Assembly (NCBI GenBank): GCA_002269645.1
Contig: NIVC01001176.1
Location: 124,001-188,000, forward strand
Source: Macrostomum lignano
Taxonomy: Eukaryota
Reading direction: 5' to 3'
Length of the DNA stretch: 64,000 bases
Part shown: positions 23,875-35,500 of the stretch, one piece after another
Position numbering within the stretch: position 1 is the first letter of the stretch
Layout of the letters: each line of letters starts with the position of its first letter
Position numbers and translations under genes: made by a program
Notes under the pieces: generated by a model
Database searches by the model: none
The model's input: the letters and a program-made list of their open reading frames with translations, nothing else
What the model was told of the DNA's origin: nothing

Positions 23875-26187
23875 TCCATCCAATATACTAAAAATGGTCT
23901 GTCTGTGTCTATCTATCTATCTATCTATCTATCTATGTGATCGATTAGAGAAAAAATGGCTGGACCGATTTTGTTCGAACTTGCACTGTTCGATCAGAAA
24001 TTTTCCCGTGACTGTACATGCATCGTGGCTAAGAAATTGCTCGATGCTAAAGGCATTAAATATTCGAAAAACATGCTTTTTTTGCAAAGGTAGAGCAAAC
24101 TTTTCGACTTGAAATGCATTGTAAGAATGCTAGAGAAAAAACTGACTGGTTGAATTCTGATTCTGAAATAGATTGCATCATAACTGAATTGTAACTCCGA
24201 CTTGAATTGCGTCACAGTATTGAAAATGCAGTGTGGAAGCGTAGCACCAGACGTGATTTAGATTGCGTAACCGTATTGTCAACTTTAATTGAGACTGATA
24301 CTGACTTGCCTGGGAAATTGATTATGTCATAACTGCTTCGTGAGTGAGTGTTGAATTATATAAGTGCTACAATTTCATTTATAAATACGATAAGAGCTAG
24401 ACTAGATGTGAACAGACTGGACTGCAAATGCAGCGACCTGGGTTCGAATCTTAGTAGTGAAAAGTTTTTTATTAAAAGCTTTTATTAACGGACAAATAAA
24501 GGACAAAAGGCGTCATGTAAAAAATCATAGAAGCGTCATGTAAACAATCATAGAAGCGTCATGTAAAAAATCATAGAAGCGTCATGTAAAAAATCATAGA
24601 AGCGTCATGTAAACAATCATAAAAGCGTCATGTAAACAATCATAGAAGCGTCATGTAAAAAATCATAGAAGCGTCATGTAAACAATCATAAAAGCGTCAT
24701 GTAAACAATCATAGAAGCGTCATTTAAAAAATCATAGAAGCGTCATGTAAACAATCATGAAAGCGTCATGTAAACAATCATAGAAGCGTCATGTAAAAAA
24801 TCATAGAAGCGCCATGTAAAAAATCATAGAAGCGTCATGTAAAAAGTCATAGAAGCGTCATGTAAAAAGTCATAGAAGCGTCATGTAAAAAATCATAGAA
24901 GCGTCATGTAAAAAATCATAGAAGCGTCATGTAAAAAATCATAGAAGCGTCATGTAAACAATCATAGAAGCGTCATTTAAAAAATCATAGAAGCGTAATG
25001 TAAACAATCATGAAAGCGTCATGTAAAAAATCATAGAAGCGCCATGTAAAAAATCATAGAAGCGCCATGAAAAAGTCATAGAAGCGTCATGTAAAAAAAT
25101 CATATTGACATAAAAAATCAAGTGACAATAAAAAATGTCAGACATGAAAGAAGTGTCTTGTAAAAATTAAATGAGGCTTTTGTGCTGTGCTGGGGAGACT
25201 TACTGAGATGTCAAGGCTCACGGAGAATAACTGAGATTACGGGGGGGGGTTTCTGAGATGTCAAAGCAAAAGTCAGAAGCTACTTCAAAGTACATGTACT
25301 TTACTCATTTTTTTTATTACATTCTTTGTTGGCTCGCCACGGGGGGGGGCGCTGATAGAAGAAGAGTCATGTAAAAAAGAAAAGAAGCACTATGTATACA
25401 TAAAAGAAGAGTCATGTCGAAGTTAAAAGATTCATTTCAAGGCTTGGAGGGAATTGCTATAGTGCTGTCATTCTTGAAGAAAGAATCACTAAATTGTCAA
25501 GGCTTAGGGGAGAAGAATTGCTGAGATTTCAAGGCTTTTATAGGTTGGGTTAAAGTTAGGTTTAGGTCAGGTTTGGGTTGAGGGTTAGATTTTAGCGGGT
25601 TTTAAGGTTAACAGGGGATTTTTCAGATATCAAGGTTTATGGGGGCATTGCTGAATGCTGACATGTCAAGGCTCACAGGGGAATAGCTGAGATGTCAAGG
25701 CTCATGGGGGAATAAATGAGATGTCAAGGCTAAAGTCAGAAGCTACATGTATTCTATTGAAAACTTTTTTTCATTATTTGTTGGCTCCTCACGGGAGGGA
25801 TCGCTGATAGAAAAAGCGTAATGTAAAAAATAAAAGAAGCTTCATGTCGAAGTTAAGAGATTCATTTGGGAATCCCTACGATGTCGAGGCTTGCAGGGAA
25901 TCGCTATAATGCTGTAGTGCTATAATGACTGTTGGAGAGAATTACTGAAATGTCAATGCTTAGGGTTAGGCTAGGGTTAGGGTTAGAAGGTTGACAAATT
26001 TTTTAAGATTGCAAGGCTTATGGGGCATGCTAAGATGTCAAGGGGGTTGATATGCTAAGGCTTGTGGGGGGATTTTCTGACATGTCAAGGCTTACAAGGT
26101 ATAATGCAAAGAGACGCTTACATGTAGTTTATTAAAAAAACTTGTACTGCATTTTTTTGGCTCCCCAACGGGGGGCGCTGATTGCTA
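23875..26187 (+). mobile_element. Non-autonomous Helitron, unit 1
   Basis: Starts with TC after A; 5' block TCCATCCAATATACTAAAAATG-(CTAT)n-GGCTGGACCGATTTTG resembling non-autonomous Helitron 5' ends; 3' hairpin CCCCAACGGGG followed by ATTGCTA; no TSD. Confidence 0.75.
24510..25105. repeat. 23-bp satellite inside Helitron unit 1 (TCATAGAAGCGTCATGTAAA[C/A]AA)
   Basis: About 25 copies. Confidence 0.95.
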
Positions 26188-26216
26188 TCCAATATACTAA
26201 AAATGGTCTGTCTGTG

Positions 26217-26249
<33 letters not shown>

Positions 26250-29200
26250 GTGATCGATTAGAGAAAAAATGGCTGGACCGATTTTGTTCGAACTTGCACT
26301 GTTCGATCAGAAATTTTCCCGTGACTGTACATGCATCGTGGCTAAGAAATTGCTCGATGCTAAAGGCATTAAATATTCGAAAAACATGCTTTTTTGCAAA
26401 GGTCAAGCAAACTTTTCGACTTGAGATGCATTGTAAGAATGCTAGAGAAAAAACTGACTGGTTGAATTCTGATTCTGAAATAGATTGCATCATAACTGAA
26501 TTGTAACTCCGACTTGAATTGAAAATGCAGTGTGGAAGCGTAGCACCAGACTTGATTTAAATTGCGTAACCATGCATATTGTTAACTGATACTGACTGAC
26601 TGAGAAACTGATTATGTCATAACTGCTTCGTGTGATTTACTCTATGCTTGGATTTTAAAGTGTTGAAACTGAACTGCTAAATGCAGCGACGATGGTTCGA
26701 ATTTTCATAGAGTATAATTTTTTTAATTAAAGCTTTTCAACGTCAGGAAAACTAAAATACTTTTTAAAAAGAAGCGTCATGTAATGAATCATAGAAGCGT
26801 CATGTAAACAATCATAGAAGCGTCATGTAAACAATCATAGAAGCGTAATTTAAAAAATCATAGAAGCGTCATGTAAAAAATCATAGAAGCGTCATGTAAA
26901 CAATCATAGAAGCGTCATGTACACAATCATAGAAGCGTCATGTCAAAAATCATAGAAGCGTCATGTAAACAATCATAGAAGCGTCATGTAAACAATCATA
27001 GAAGCGTCATGTAAAAAATCATAGAAGCGTCATGTAAACAATCATGGAAGCGTCATTTAAAAAATCATAAAAGCGTCATTTAAACAATCATAGAAGCGTC
27101 ATGTAAACAATCATGGAAGCGTCATTTAAGCAATCATAGAAGCGTCATGTAAAAAATCATAGAAGCGTCATGTAATGAATCATAGAAGCGTCATGTAAAC
27201 AATCATAGAAGCGTCATATTAAAATCATAGAAGCGTCATATAAACAATCATAGAAGCGTCATGTAAAAATCATAGAAGCGTCATGTAAACAATCATAGAA
27301 GCGTCATGTAAACAATCATAGAAGCGTCATGTAAACAATCATAGAAGCGTCATGTAAACAATCATAGAAGCGTCATGTAAACAATCATAGAAGCGTCATA
27401 TAAAAATCATAGAAGCGTTATTTAAAAAATCATAGAAGCGTCATGTAATGAATCATAGAAGCGTCATGTAAACAATCATAGAAGCGTCATGTAATGAATC
27501 ATAGAAGCGTCATGTAAACAATCATAGAAGCGTCATGTAAACAATCATAGAAGCGTCATGTAAACAATCATAGAAGCGTCATGTAAAAAATCATAGAAGC
27601 GTCATGTAAACAATCATAGAAGCGTCATGTAAAAAATCATAGAAGCGTCATGTAAACAATCATAGAAGCGTCATGTATACAATCATGGAAGCGTCATTTA
27701 AAAAATCATAAAAGCGTCATTTAAACAATCATAGAAGCGTCATGTAAACAATCATGGAAGCGTCATTTAAACAATCATAGAAGCGTCATGTAAAAAATCA
27801 TAGAAGCGTCATGTAATGAATCATAGAAGCGTCATGTAAACAATCATAGAAGCGTCATGTAAACAATTATAGAAGCGTCATGTAAAAAATCGTAGAAGCG
27901 TCATATAAAAATCGTAGAAGCGTCATGTAAAAAGTCATAGAAGCGTCATGTAAAAATCATAAAAGCGTCATTTAAAAAATCATAGAAGCGTAATGTAAAA
28001 ATCGTAGAAGCGTCATATAAAAATCATAGAAGCGTCATATTAAAATCATAGAAGCGTCATGTAAAAAATCATAGAAGCGTCATATAAAAATCAAAAAAAC
28101 GTCATTTAAAAAATCATAGAAGCGTCATGTAAACAATCATAGAAGCGTCATGTAAAAATCATAGAAGCGTCAAGAAAAAATTATAGAAGCCTCATTTAAA
28201 ACTAATGAAAGTGTCATTTAAAAAATTAAGAAGCATCATGGTAGAATAAAAGAAGCGTCATGTCAGACATGAAGGGTGTCATGGAAAAATTAAATGCAGC
28301 TATAATGCTGTGCTGGGGAGAAAAACTGAGACGTAAAGGCTCTCAGAGAATAACTGAGATTACGGGGGGGGTTTCTGAGATGTCAAAGCAAAAGTCAGAA
28401 GCTAATTCAAAGTTCATGTACTTTACTCAATTTTTTTACTGCATTCTTTGTTGGCTCGCCACGGGGAGGCGCTGATAGAAAAAGAGTTATGTAAAAAATA
28501 AAAGTAGCACTATGTATACATAAAAGAAAAGTCATGTCGAAGTTAAAAGATTCATTTGGGAATTGCTACGATGTCAAAGCTTGGTGGAAATCGTTATAGC
28601 GCTGTTATTCTTAAAGAAGGAATCACTAAAATGTCAAGGCTTAGGGGAGAAGAATTGCTGAGATTTCAAGGCTTTAGGTTGGGTTAAAGTTAGGTTTAGG
28701 TCAGGTGTGGGTTGAGGGTTATATTTTATCGGGTTTCAAGGTTAGCAGGGGATTTTTCAGATTTCAAGGTTTATGGGCGCCATCGCTGACATGTTAAGGC
28801 TTACGGGGGGGGGGATAGCTGAGATGTCAAGGCTCACGGGGGTATAAATGAGATTTCAAGGCTAAAGTCAGAAGCTACATGTAGTTTATTGAAAACTTTT
28901 TATTACATTATTTGATGCCTCCTCAGGGGAGGGATCGCTGATAAAAAAGCGTAATGTAAAAAATAAAAGAAGCTACATGTCGAAGTTAAGAGATTCATTT
29001 GGGAATCCCTACGATGTCGTGGCTTGCAGGGAATCGCTATAATGCTGTAGTAGTGCTATAATGACTCTTAGAGAGAATTACTGAAATTTCAATGCTTTAG
29101 GGTTAGGTTAGGGTTAGGGTTAGGGTTAGGGTTAGGGTTAGGCTAGGGTTAGGGTTAGAAGGTTGACAGATATTTTTAGATTTCCAAGGTTTATTGGGGG

Positions 29201-29378
29201 CATTGCTCAAGGGGGGAAGTTGATATGTTAAAGCTTGTGGGGGGGGGGGAATTACTGACATGTCAAGGCTTACAAGGTTTGACAGGAGATTTTTTAAGAT
29301 TTCAAGGATACATGTAGCTTATTAAAAAAACGTGTATTGCATTTCTTTGGCTCCCCAACGGGGGGCGTAGATTGCTAG
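26188..29378 (+). mobile_element. Non-autonomous Helitron, unit 2
   Basis: 5' ~330 bp nearly identical to unit 1; ends with hairpin CCCCAACGGGG and canonical CTAG at 29375-29378. Confidence 0.8.
26771..28190. repeat. 23-bp satellite inside Helitron unit 2
   Basis: About 60 copies of the same unit as 24510-25105. Confidence 0.95.
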
Positions 29379-30720
29379 TCCTTCCTATATCCTAAAAATG
29401 AGTTGTTTGTAGCTATGCGATAGATTTCAGAAAAAACGGCTTAACCGATTTTCTTCAAACTTGCACCATTTGATCAGAAATTTTCCTGGCACGGTACATG
29501 TATCTTGGCTAAGAAATTGCTCAAGTTTAAAGGGATTAAATATTCGAAAAACATGCTTTTTTGCAAAGGTCAAGCAGCTCTTTCGACCTGAAATGCATTG
29601 TAAAAATGCGAGAGAAAAAACTGACTGACTGAATTTCAATTGTGATAAAGATTGCATCACAACAAGATGAAAACAGTGTCGAAAAAATGCACACAAGACT
29701 TGATTGTAATTGCGTAACCATATTGCTAACTTGAATTTGAGACTGATACTGGCTGACTGAGAAATTGATTATGTCATAACTTTTTACTCTAACTGACTTG
29801 CTATAAGAATTGAATTATAAGGGCCACAATTCATGTTCTCCAATTGAAAAGAGATAGCCTAGATGCGAACAGACTGGACTGCTAATGTAGCGACCTGGGT
29901 TCGAATCTTAGTAGTGCAAATTATTTTTTTATTAAAACACCTTAAAAACACAAAATGCTAAACATAAAAGAAGCGCGATGTCAAATATAAGAGAGCCACC
30001 ATGTCGAACATAAAAGAGCCACCATGTAAATCATAAAAGAGCCGCCATTTCAAACATAAAAGAGCCATCATGTCAATCATAAAAGAGCCACCATTTCAAA
30101 CATAAAAGAGCCACCATGTCAAACATTAAAGAGCCACCATGTCGAACATAAAAGAGCCACCATGTCAAACATAGAAGAGACACTATGACAAACATATACG
30201 AGACTCCATGTCAAACATTAAAGAGCCACCATGTCGAACATAAAAGAGCCACTATTTCAAACATTAAAGAGCTATCATGTCAAACACAAAAGAGACACCA
30301 TGTCAAACATAGAAGAGACACCATTTCAAACGTAAAAGGGCCGCCATGGCAAACTTAGAAGAGCCACCATGTCAAACATTAAAGAGCTACCATGTCAAAC
30401 ATATATATGACTGCATGTCAAAAATTAAAGAGCCACCCTCTAAAACATAAAAGAGCCACTATGTCAAACATATATGTGACTCCATGTCAAACATTAAACA
30501 TAAAAGAGACACCATGTCAAAACATTATTGAGCCACCATGTCAAAGATTAAAGAGCTTGTTTGTTTACTCATAAAAGAGATAAAACACATAAAAGAGCCA
30601 CCATGTCAAACATATATGACTCTATGTCAAACATATATGACTCCATGTCAAATATTAAACATAAATAAGACACCATGTCACACAAAAGGGAGCCACCATA
30701 TCAAACATAAAAGAGCTACC
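29379..30720 (+). mobile_element. Non-autonomous Helitron, unit 3 (diverged, 3'-truncated)
   Basis: Starts with TC directly after the CTAG; 5' block homologous to units 1 and 2; carries a different 23-bp satellite (AAACATAAAAGAGCCACCATGTC, 29965-30720); no 3' hairpin or CTAG seen. Confidence 0.7.
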
Positions 30721-31133
30721 TGGGCCTGGGTGCCTGTGCCACGTCAGGCCCAGGGGTCCTGATCGTCACCGGTCGTCGCTGGTCATCCGCGGGTCGTCGC
30801 TGGTCGTCGCCCTGAGCAACGCGCGCTGTCAACTGCGTTGAGCTCGAGCTTTCGCTCTGCCAAAATAGCTCCGCTGCGTGTGCCAAGCCACGCCAGGTTA
30901 CGCTGTGCGCTGATTGTTTGTAGGGACTATTGCCTGACAGTTAGTCTGGGTGGTTTGCGTGATAGGACTCTCCCCTATTATAGGCTTTTTGTGGTTTGCC
31001 CCTGTCAGGCACGTATTTTTGTTAGTAGGACGCAATCTCTCTCGTCTCTCTCGCGTCATCAACCTCAATTCGTTTTCTCTGGAGCCTTATTTTCGTTCAC
31101 GCTTGGTTCATTCGTCTCACTCAATCTTGCACA

Positions 31134-32552
31134 ATGTCCGACAACGGGGACAACCATGCCGCAGCGTCATTGGCTGACGGAGATGCCGTCGTGCCAGATC
31201 AGGACGCAGTCGATGCCGGCGAGCAGCCAGCAGGCGCAGCTGCTGCCGCCGCGCCAGCTCCTAGTGAGCAACTCTTGTTGACTCAAACCTTAGCCTCTCT
31301 TCACCGGATGCTCGAAGAGCGTCTCGCCGTTTCCTCGCCGTCAGCGCCAAATTCCTCGCCGCCTGCGAAGCCAGACATACGCCTTCGCCCTCCAATAGCT
31401 TACCAGCCGAAGATGAACTTTGATACGTCGGAAGCTCAGCTTACTTCGTATCTAGCCACTTGCCGCGTTCCTGAGGACCAGAAGTCCGCCATTCTCGTAT
31501 CTCTGCTGTCAGCCGAATGCCAAGAGGTATATCTTAATTACCGGTGTGACCAGTTGCCTTTCGAATCTGCGCTTCGGTTGCTCAGGGAAAGGTACACCGA
31601 TGCCAAGAAGAAGGACAAGGCCTACGTAGAATTAGTTGCTGCCGCCCAATCTCATAATGAGCAAATGTCTGACTTCTTTGACAGACTGGTCTCCTATTCT
31701 AGACTAGCGGGTCTCTCGCTCGCTGAAGCGAAGCCCCTACTCAAGGCCAGATTATGTCATGGGCTGAGGGATAAGGACCTCGCCGAAAAGCTCCTCTTAT
31801 GGGATCAGGAAACCGACAGTGCCACCTCTGCAGAAGAGCTGATGCAGAAGGCCAAAGATCTTGTCGGGGTCCGCCAGCTTCTGAATGTGCCTTCTACTAT
31901 AGCCAAGGTTCGTGCCATAGAACCTGACGCTGAGAAGAAAGCGTTAGAACAGAGGGTCGCCGAGCTTGAGAAGATGGTGACCGACCAAGCCAATAGATTA
32001 AGCCAGACCACTCCGCCTGTCACCACCAATCAGGGGCCCACTCGCACAGAGCCCACTGGGGGCCCACCACAAGTTAGCCAAACCTATAGACAACCTAGGC
32101 CAGCTCCTCGCCCTCCGCGGGCTTGCCATCGATGCGGCCAGACCGATCCCCTGATCGCTGACTGTCCATCGCCCTCGCCGAGACCACAGTCGCCAAAGCA
32201 GCCCCGGGGGAGCCAAAATCAGCAGCCCAGCCGTGGAAAAGTCACGACTAAACTAGGAACCATTGCCACATGGTCTCAGAATTACGGGTTCATCCAATCT
32301 GAGCACCTGCCAAAGAAATTGTTCGTTCACATTAGCCAACTGTCTCCCAGCCTGCGTAGCCTAGTCGAGCAGCACCGCATTAGGGGGACTAGGGTGAAAT
32401 TCCAGCGCCAGGTCGACCCCGGGCGCCAGCACGACAAAGCCTGTAATGTGCAACCTCAGCCAGGGGACAGTGATCCACAATGCAGACAAGGGGGGTACAC
32501 AGCTGACACCTTTGAGTCTAGCTATTTCGTGCAGCTAGGAGTAGGAGACTAA
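31134..32552 (+). CDS. gag: Gag (capsid, degenerate zinc knuckle, cold-shock domain)
   Basis: Retrotransposon-gag motifs AQSHNEQMSDFFDRL and LCHGLRDKDLAEKL; knuckle CHRCGQTDPLIADC (H replaced by P) at 32124-32166; CSD GTIATWSQNYGFIQ...KLFVHISQL...GTRVKF...KACNV at ~32250-32460. Confidence 0.9.
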   Translation: MSDNGDNHAAASLADGDAVVPDQDAVDAGEQPAGAAAAAAPAPSEQLLLTQTLASLHRMLEERLAVSSPSAPNSSPPAKPDIRLRPPIAYQPKMNFDTSEAQLTSYLATCRVPEDQKSAILVSLLSAECQEVYLNYRCDQLPFESALRLLRERYTDAKKKDKAYVELVAAAQSHNEQMSDFFDRLVSYSRLAGLSLAEAKPLLKARLCHGLRDKDLAEKLLLWDQETDSATSAEELMQKAKDLVGVRQLLNVPSTIAKVRAIEPDAEKKALEQRVAELEKMVTDQANRLSQTTPPVTTNQGPTRTEPTGGPPQVSQTYRQPRPAPRPPRACHRCGQTDPLIADCPSPSPRPQSPKQPRGSQNQQPSRGKVTTKLGTIATWSQNYGFIQSEHLPKKLFVHISQLSPSLRSLVEQHRIRGTRVKFQRQVDPGRQHDKACNVQPQPGDSDPQCRQGGYTADTFESSYFVQLGVGD

Positions 32553-35500
32553 AGTTCTGGCCTGTCTAGACTCAGGCGCCAATGCCAGCATCATGGGTGC
32601 TGACGTGAAAGTCAAACTGGTCGCAGCTGACCCCGTCAATAACATATTCACGCCTAGTGCTAATAAGCAGCGCGCCACCGCCTTCGGCGGCTCTCAGGTA
32701 GACATCCTAGGGTCGCTACGCTGCGAAATCAACTTAGGTAATACGACTAAACAGCATGTATTCCTAGTCACTGCTTACTGTACCACAGAAGCCCTGCTAG
32801 GCATGGATTTCCTGCGCAGCTTCGAGATGCTGCTAGACTTCAACTCTGGCCGAGCTTTAGTAGCAGGGGTGTCAGTACCAGTCATTGAGGGGGACAAGGG
32901 AATTTTCCAACTCCGACGAGTGATGGCCGCCGGCACCGTAGAATTGCCCCCGCACTCGGAAACCTTGATTCCCAGTCGTGTCCTCGACTCTTCGCCGTAC
33001 ACCTCCGGTATAGTCATGTCCCGGATCCTCGGACCAGAGACCGAACAGTTGGTAGCTAAGACTCTAGACTCAGTTAGCGATACTAACCACATACTAGTGC
33101 GCGTGCTCAACAGTGGGGAGCAGCCTATTCAGATAACTAGGGGGCAAGAAATTGCCTCATTCCAGGAATTAGATAGTCATGAGGTCATAGCTCAGACGAC
33201 CCTGAAGGAGTCTGACTTTAGTCTGGACAATGTAGCTAACCTCACAAGCCAACTCAGTAAACTGCCGCCGCCTAGTAGGGAGTTAGCCAAATGGCTGACA
33301 ACGCAGTTCCAACTCGACCAAGCCAAATTGTCTAGGGGCCAACTCGCCACCGTATTGAAACTGCTCAACTACTTCAATAGCCAAATTTCTAGATCAAACG
33401 CAGATTTAAGCCATTACACGATTACACATTACACGAGATGGGCATAGAATTAATAGATCCCAAGGCCAAGCCTGTTGCGCAACCATACAGGCGCACTACG
33501 CCAGCCCAAAAGGAATTCCTAGATCAGAACATAGCGCAGATGCTCGAGCAAGGGGTCATCGAGGAATGTGACTCCGACTGGGTGTCACCTATCGTTCTAG
33601 TCAAGAAGAAGGACGGCACTCAACGCTTGTGTATAGACTATAGGGCCGTCAATAAACTCATCAAGCCGTGTAGCTTCCCCCTGCCACTCATCGAAGAATC
33701 TTTTGACAGCCTTGCTGGGGCCACTGTATTCTCTAGCCTAGATCTGACCTCTGCGTACTGGCAGGTAGGGATTAAAGAGGAGGCTAGGGACTACACCGCC
33801 TTTGCCTGCCCCCAGGGCACTTTCCGCTGGAAGGTAGTACCATTTGGGATCAAGACAGCGCCTGCCAATTTCGCGAAACTAATGCACAAAGTGTTTAGGC
33901 CTCTCCTGATGAAGGTCAGCCTCATCTATCTAGATGACATCATCATTAAGGCTGTCAACAATGACCAAATGATCGCGCATCTCGCGCTGGTCCTCTGGCA
34001 GCTTAGAAAAGCCGGTCTCAAAATTAAGCCGTCTAAGTGTGAGTTGTTCAAGGACAAGGTTGCCTTCCTGGGGTTCGTTGTGTCTAGCCGGGGCATTGAG
34101 GCTGACCCGGCGAAAACCCAGGCTGTCCAAGAGTGGCCTAAACCGCTTTCTAAGAAACAGCTCTTATCCTTCTTAGGATTCGCGAATTACTACCGGAAAT
34201 TTGTGCCGCGATTCTCAATCACCGCCACGCCTTTGTATGCCTTAGCCAAAAAGGATGCTCCGTTTCTATGGCAACCGCATCATGAACGGGCTTTCCAGGA
34301 ACTCAAACATAGTCTTTGGTCACCACCAATTCTGGCGTATCCAGACCTCTCTGCCAAGGGGCGCGAATTTATTTTGGACTGCGATAGCTCGCTTGACGGC
34401 ACCGGGGGTGTGCTGTACCAGCTCGGGCCAGATGGCCAAGAGCAAGTCATAGCTTACGCATCCAAAAAATTCAACAGTAGCCAGAGAAACTACTGCGCCA
34501 CCATGAGGGAGTTGCTAGGGCTCGTTCTGATGCTCGAGCACTTCCGTCCTTATCTATTAGACAAGCCTTTCACTGTCCGGGTGGACGCGGCCGCGCTCAA
34601 ATGGCTGCATTCTAAGAAGCATGCCACTGGTATGCTGGCCCAATGGCTTGCCACCATTGAACTGTACCCGCTGAAGGTCCAGCAGTCCACTCTAGAACGA
34701 ATAGCCGAATACGATTTCACAGTCCAGTACCGTCCAGGCGTTGACCACGTGCCTGCTGACGCTCTTAGTAGACTGCCAAAATTCAGAGCCGATCACTTTG
34801 ACTGCCGGACGTGCAGCCAGATTCCAGAATTTAAGGGGAAATTCTTGGACCAAGACCCAAAGCACCGGCGTACGCCCCCTCTAGAGAACTGCGTCAGGTG
34901 TGCGTCCAGACCATAGGCATTAGCGTAGCGTGTCAGACTGACACAGATGCCCCGGCTGAACCAACGCCGAATGTCCGCGCTACTGCTAGCGGTGCTGTTC
35001 CTAGTCCAGAGACTGAACCCCGTGAACCTGAAACCGAATCCCAAGTGCCACCTGAGCTCATCTGGGCCCAGAATGCCCAGGACTCCTGTGTTGACATGGC
35101 GCGCTTAATCGCCAGTGTCCAGGGTAAGACTGAGCCATTGTCCAAGGCCGAACTGCAGGGTTGTAGCCGGGAAATGCGCTCACTCTGGGCTCAATTCAAT
35201 GACCTTGAAGTAGTCGAGGGCCTATTGTACTTAGCTAAATCTTCCAAAGCCAAGAATGCCAACAGACGCCTGGTGGTACCTGAGACCGCAGACGTTAGTC
35301 ATCTGGTCCTTCAGTATCATGGCCAGTTGAACCATTGCGGTATCACCAAGACGATGGCCGCCCTGAAGGCGCGCTTCGTTATTTCCGACTTAGATACTAT
35401 AGTCAAGGGGGTCCTGGCCGAATGCACCGTTTGCGCTAAGACTAAGAAGTCAAAGCGTAAGCTCAAGGCCCCTATGCAACCAGAACTGTCCGGCTACCCG

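Noticed and set aside
1503-28190. Regular 20-55-bp repeat arrays as possible CRISPR arrays
   Set aside because: The units are contiguous with no unique spacers, there are no cas genes, and the context is eukaryotic.
32250-32460. Bacterial cold-shock gene contamination or independent insertion
   Set aside because: The domain is in frame within Gag, has no own start, stop or TSD, and shows no compositional break.
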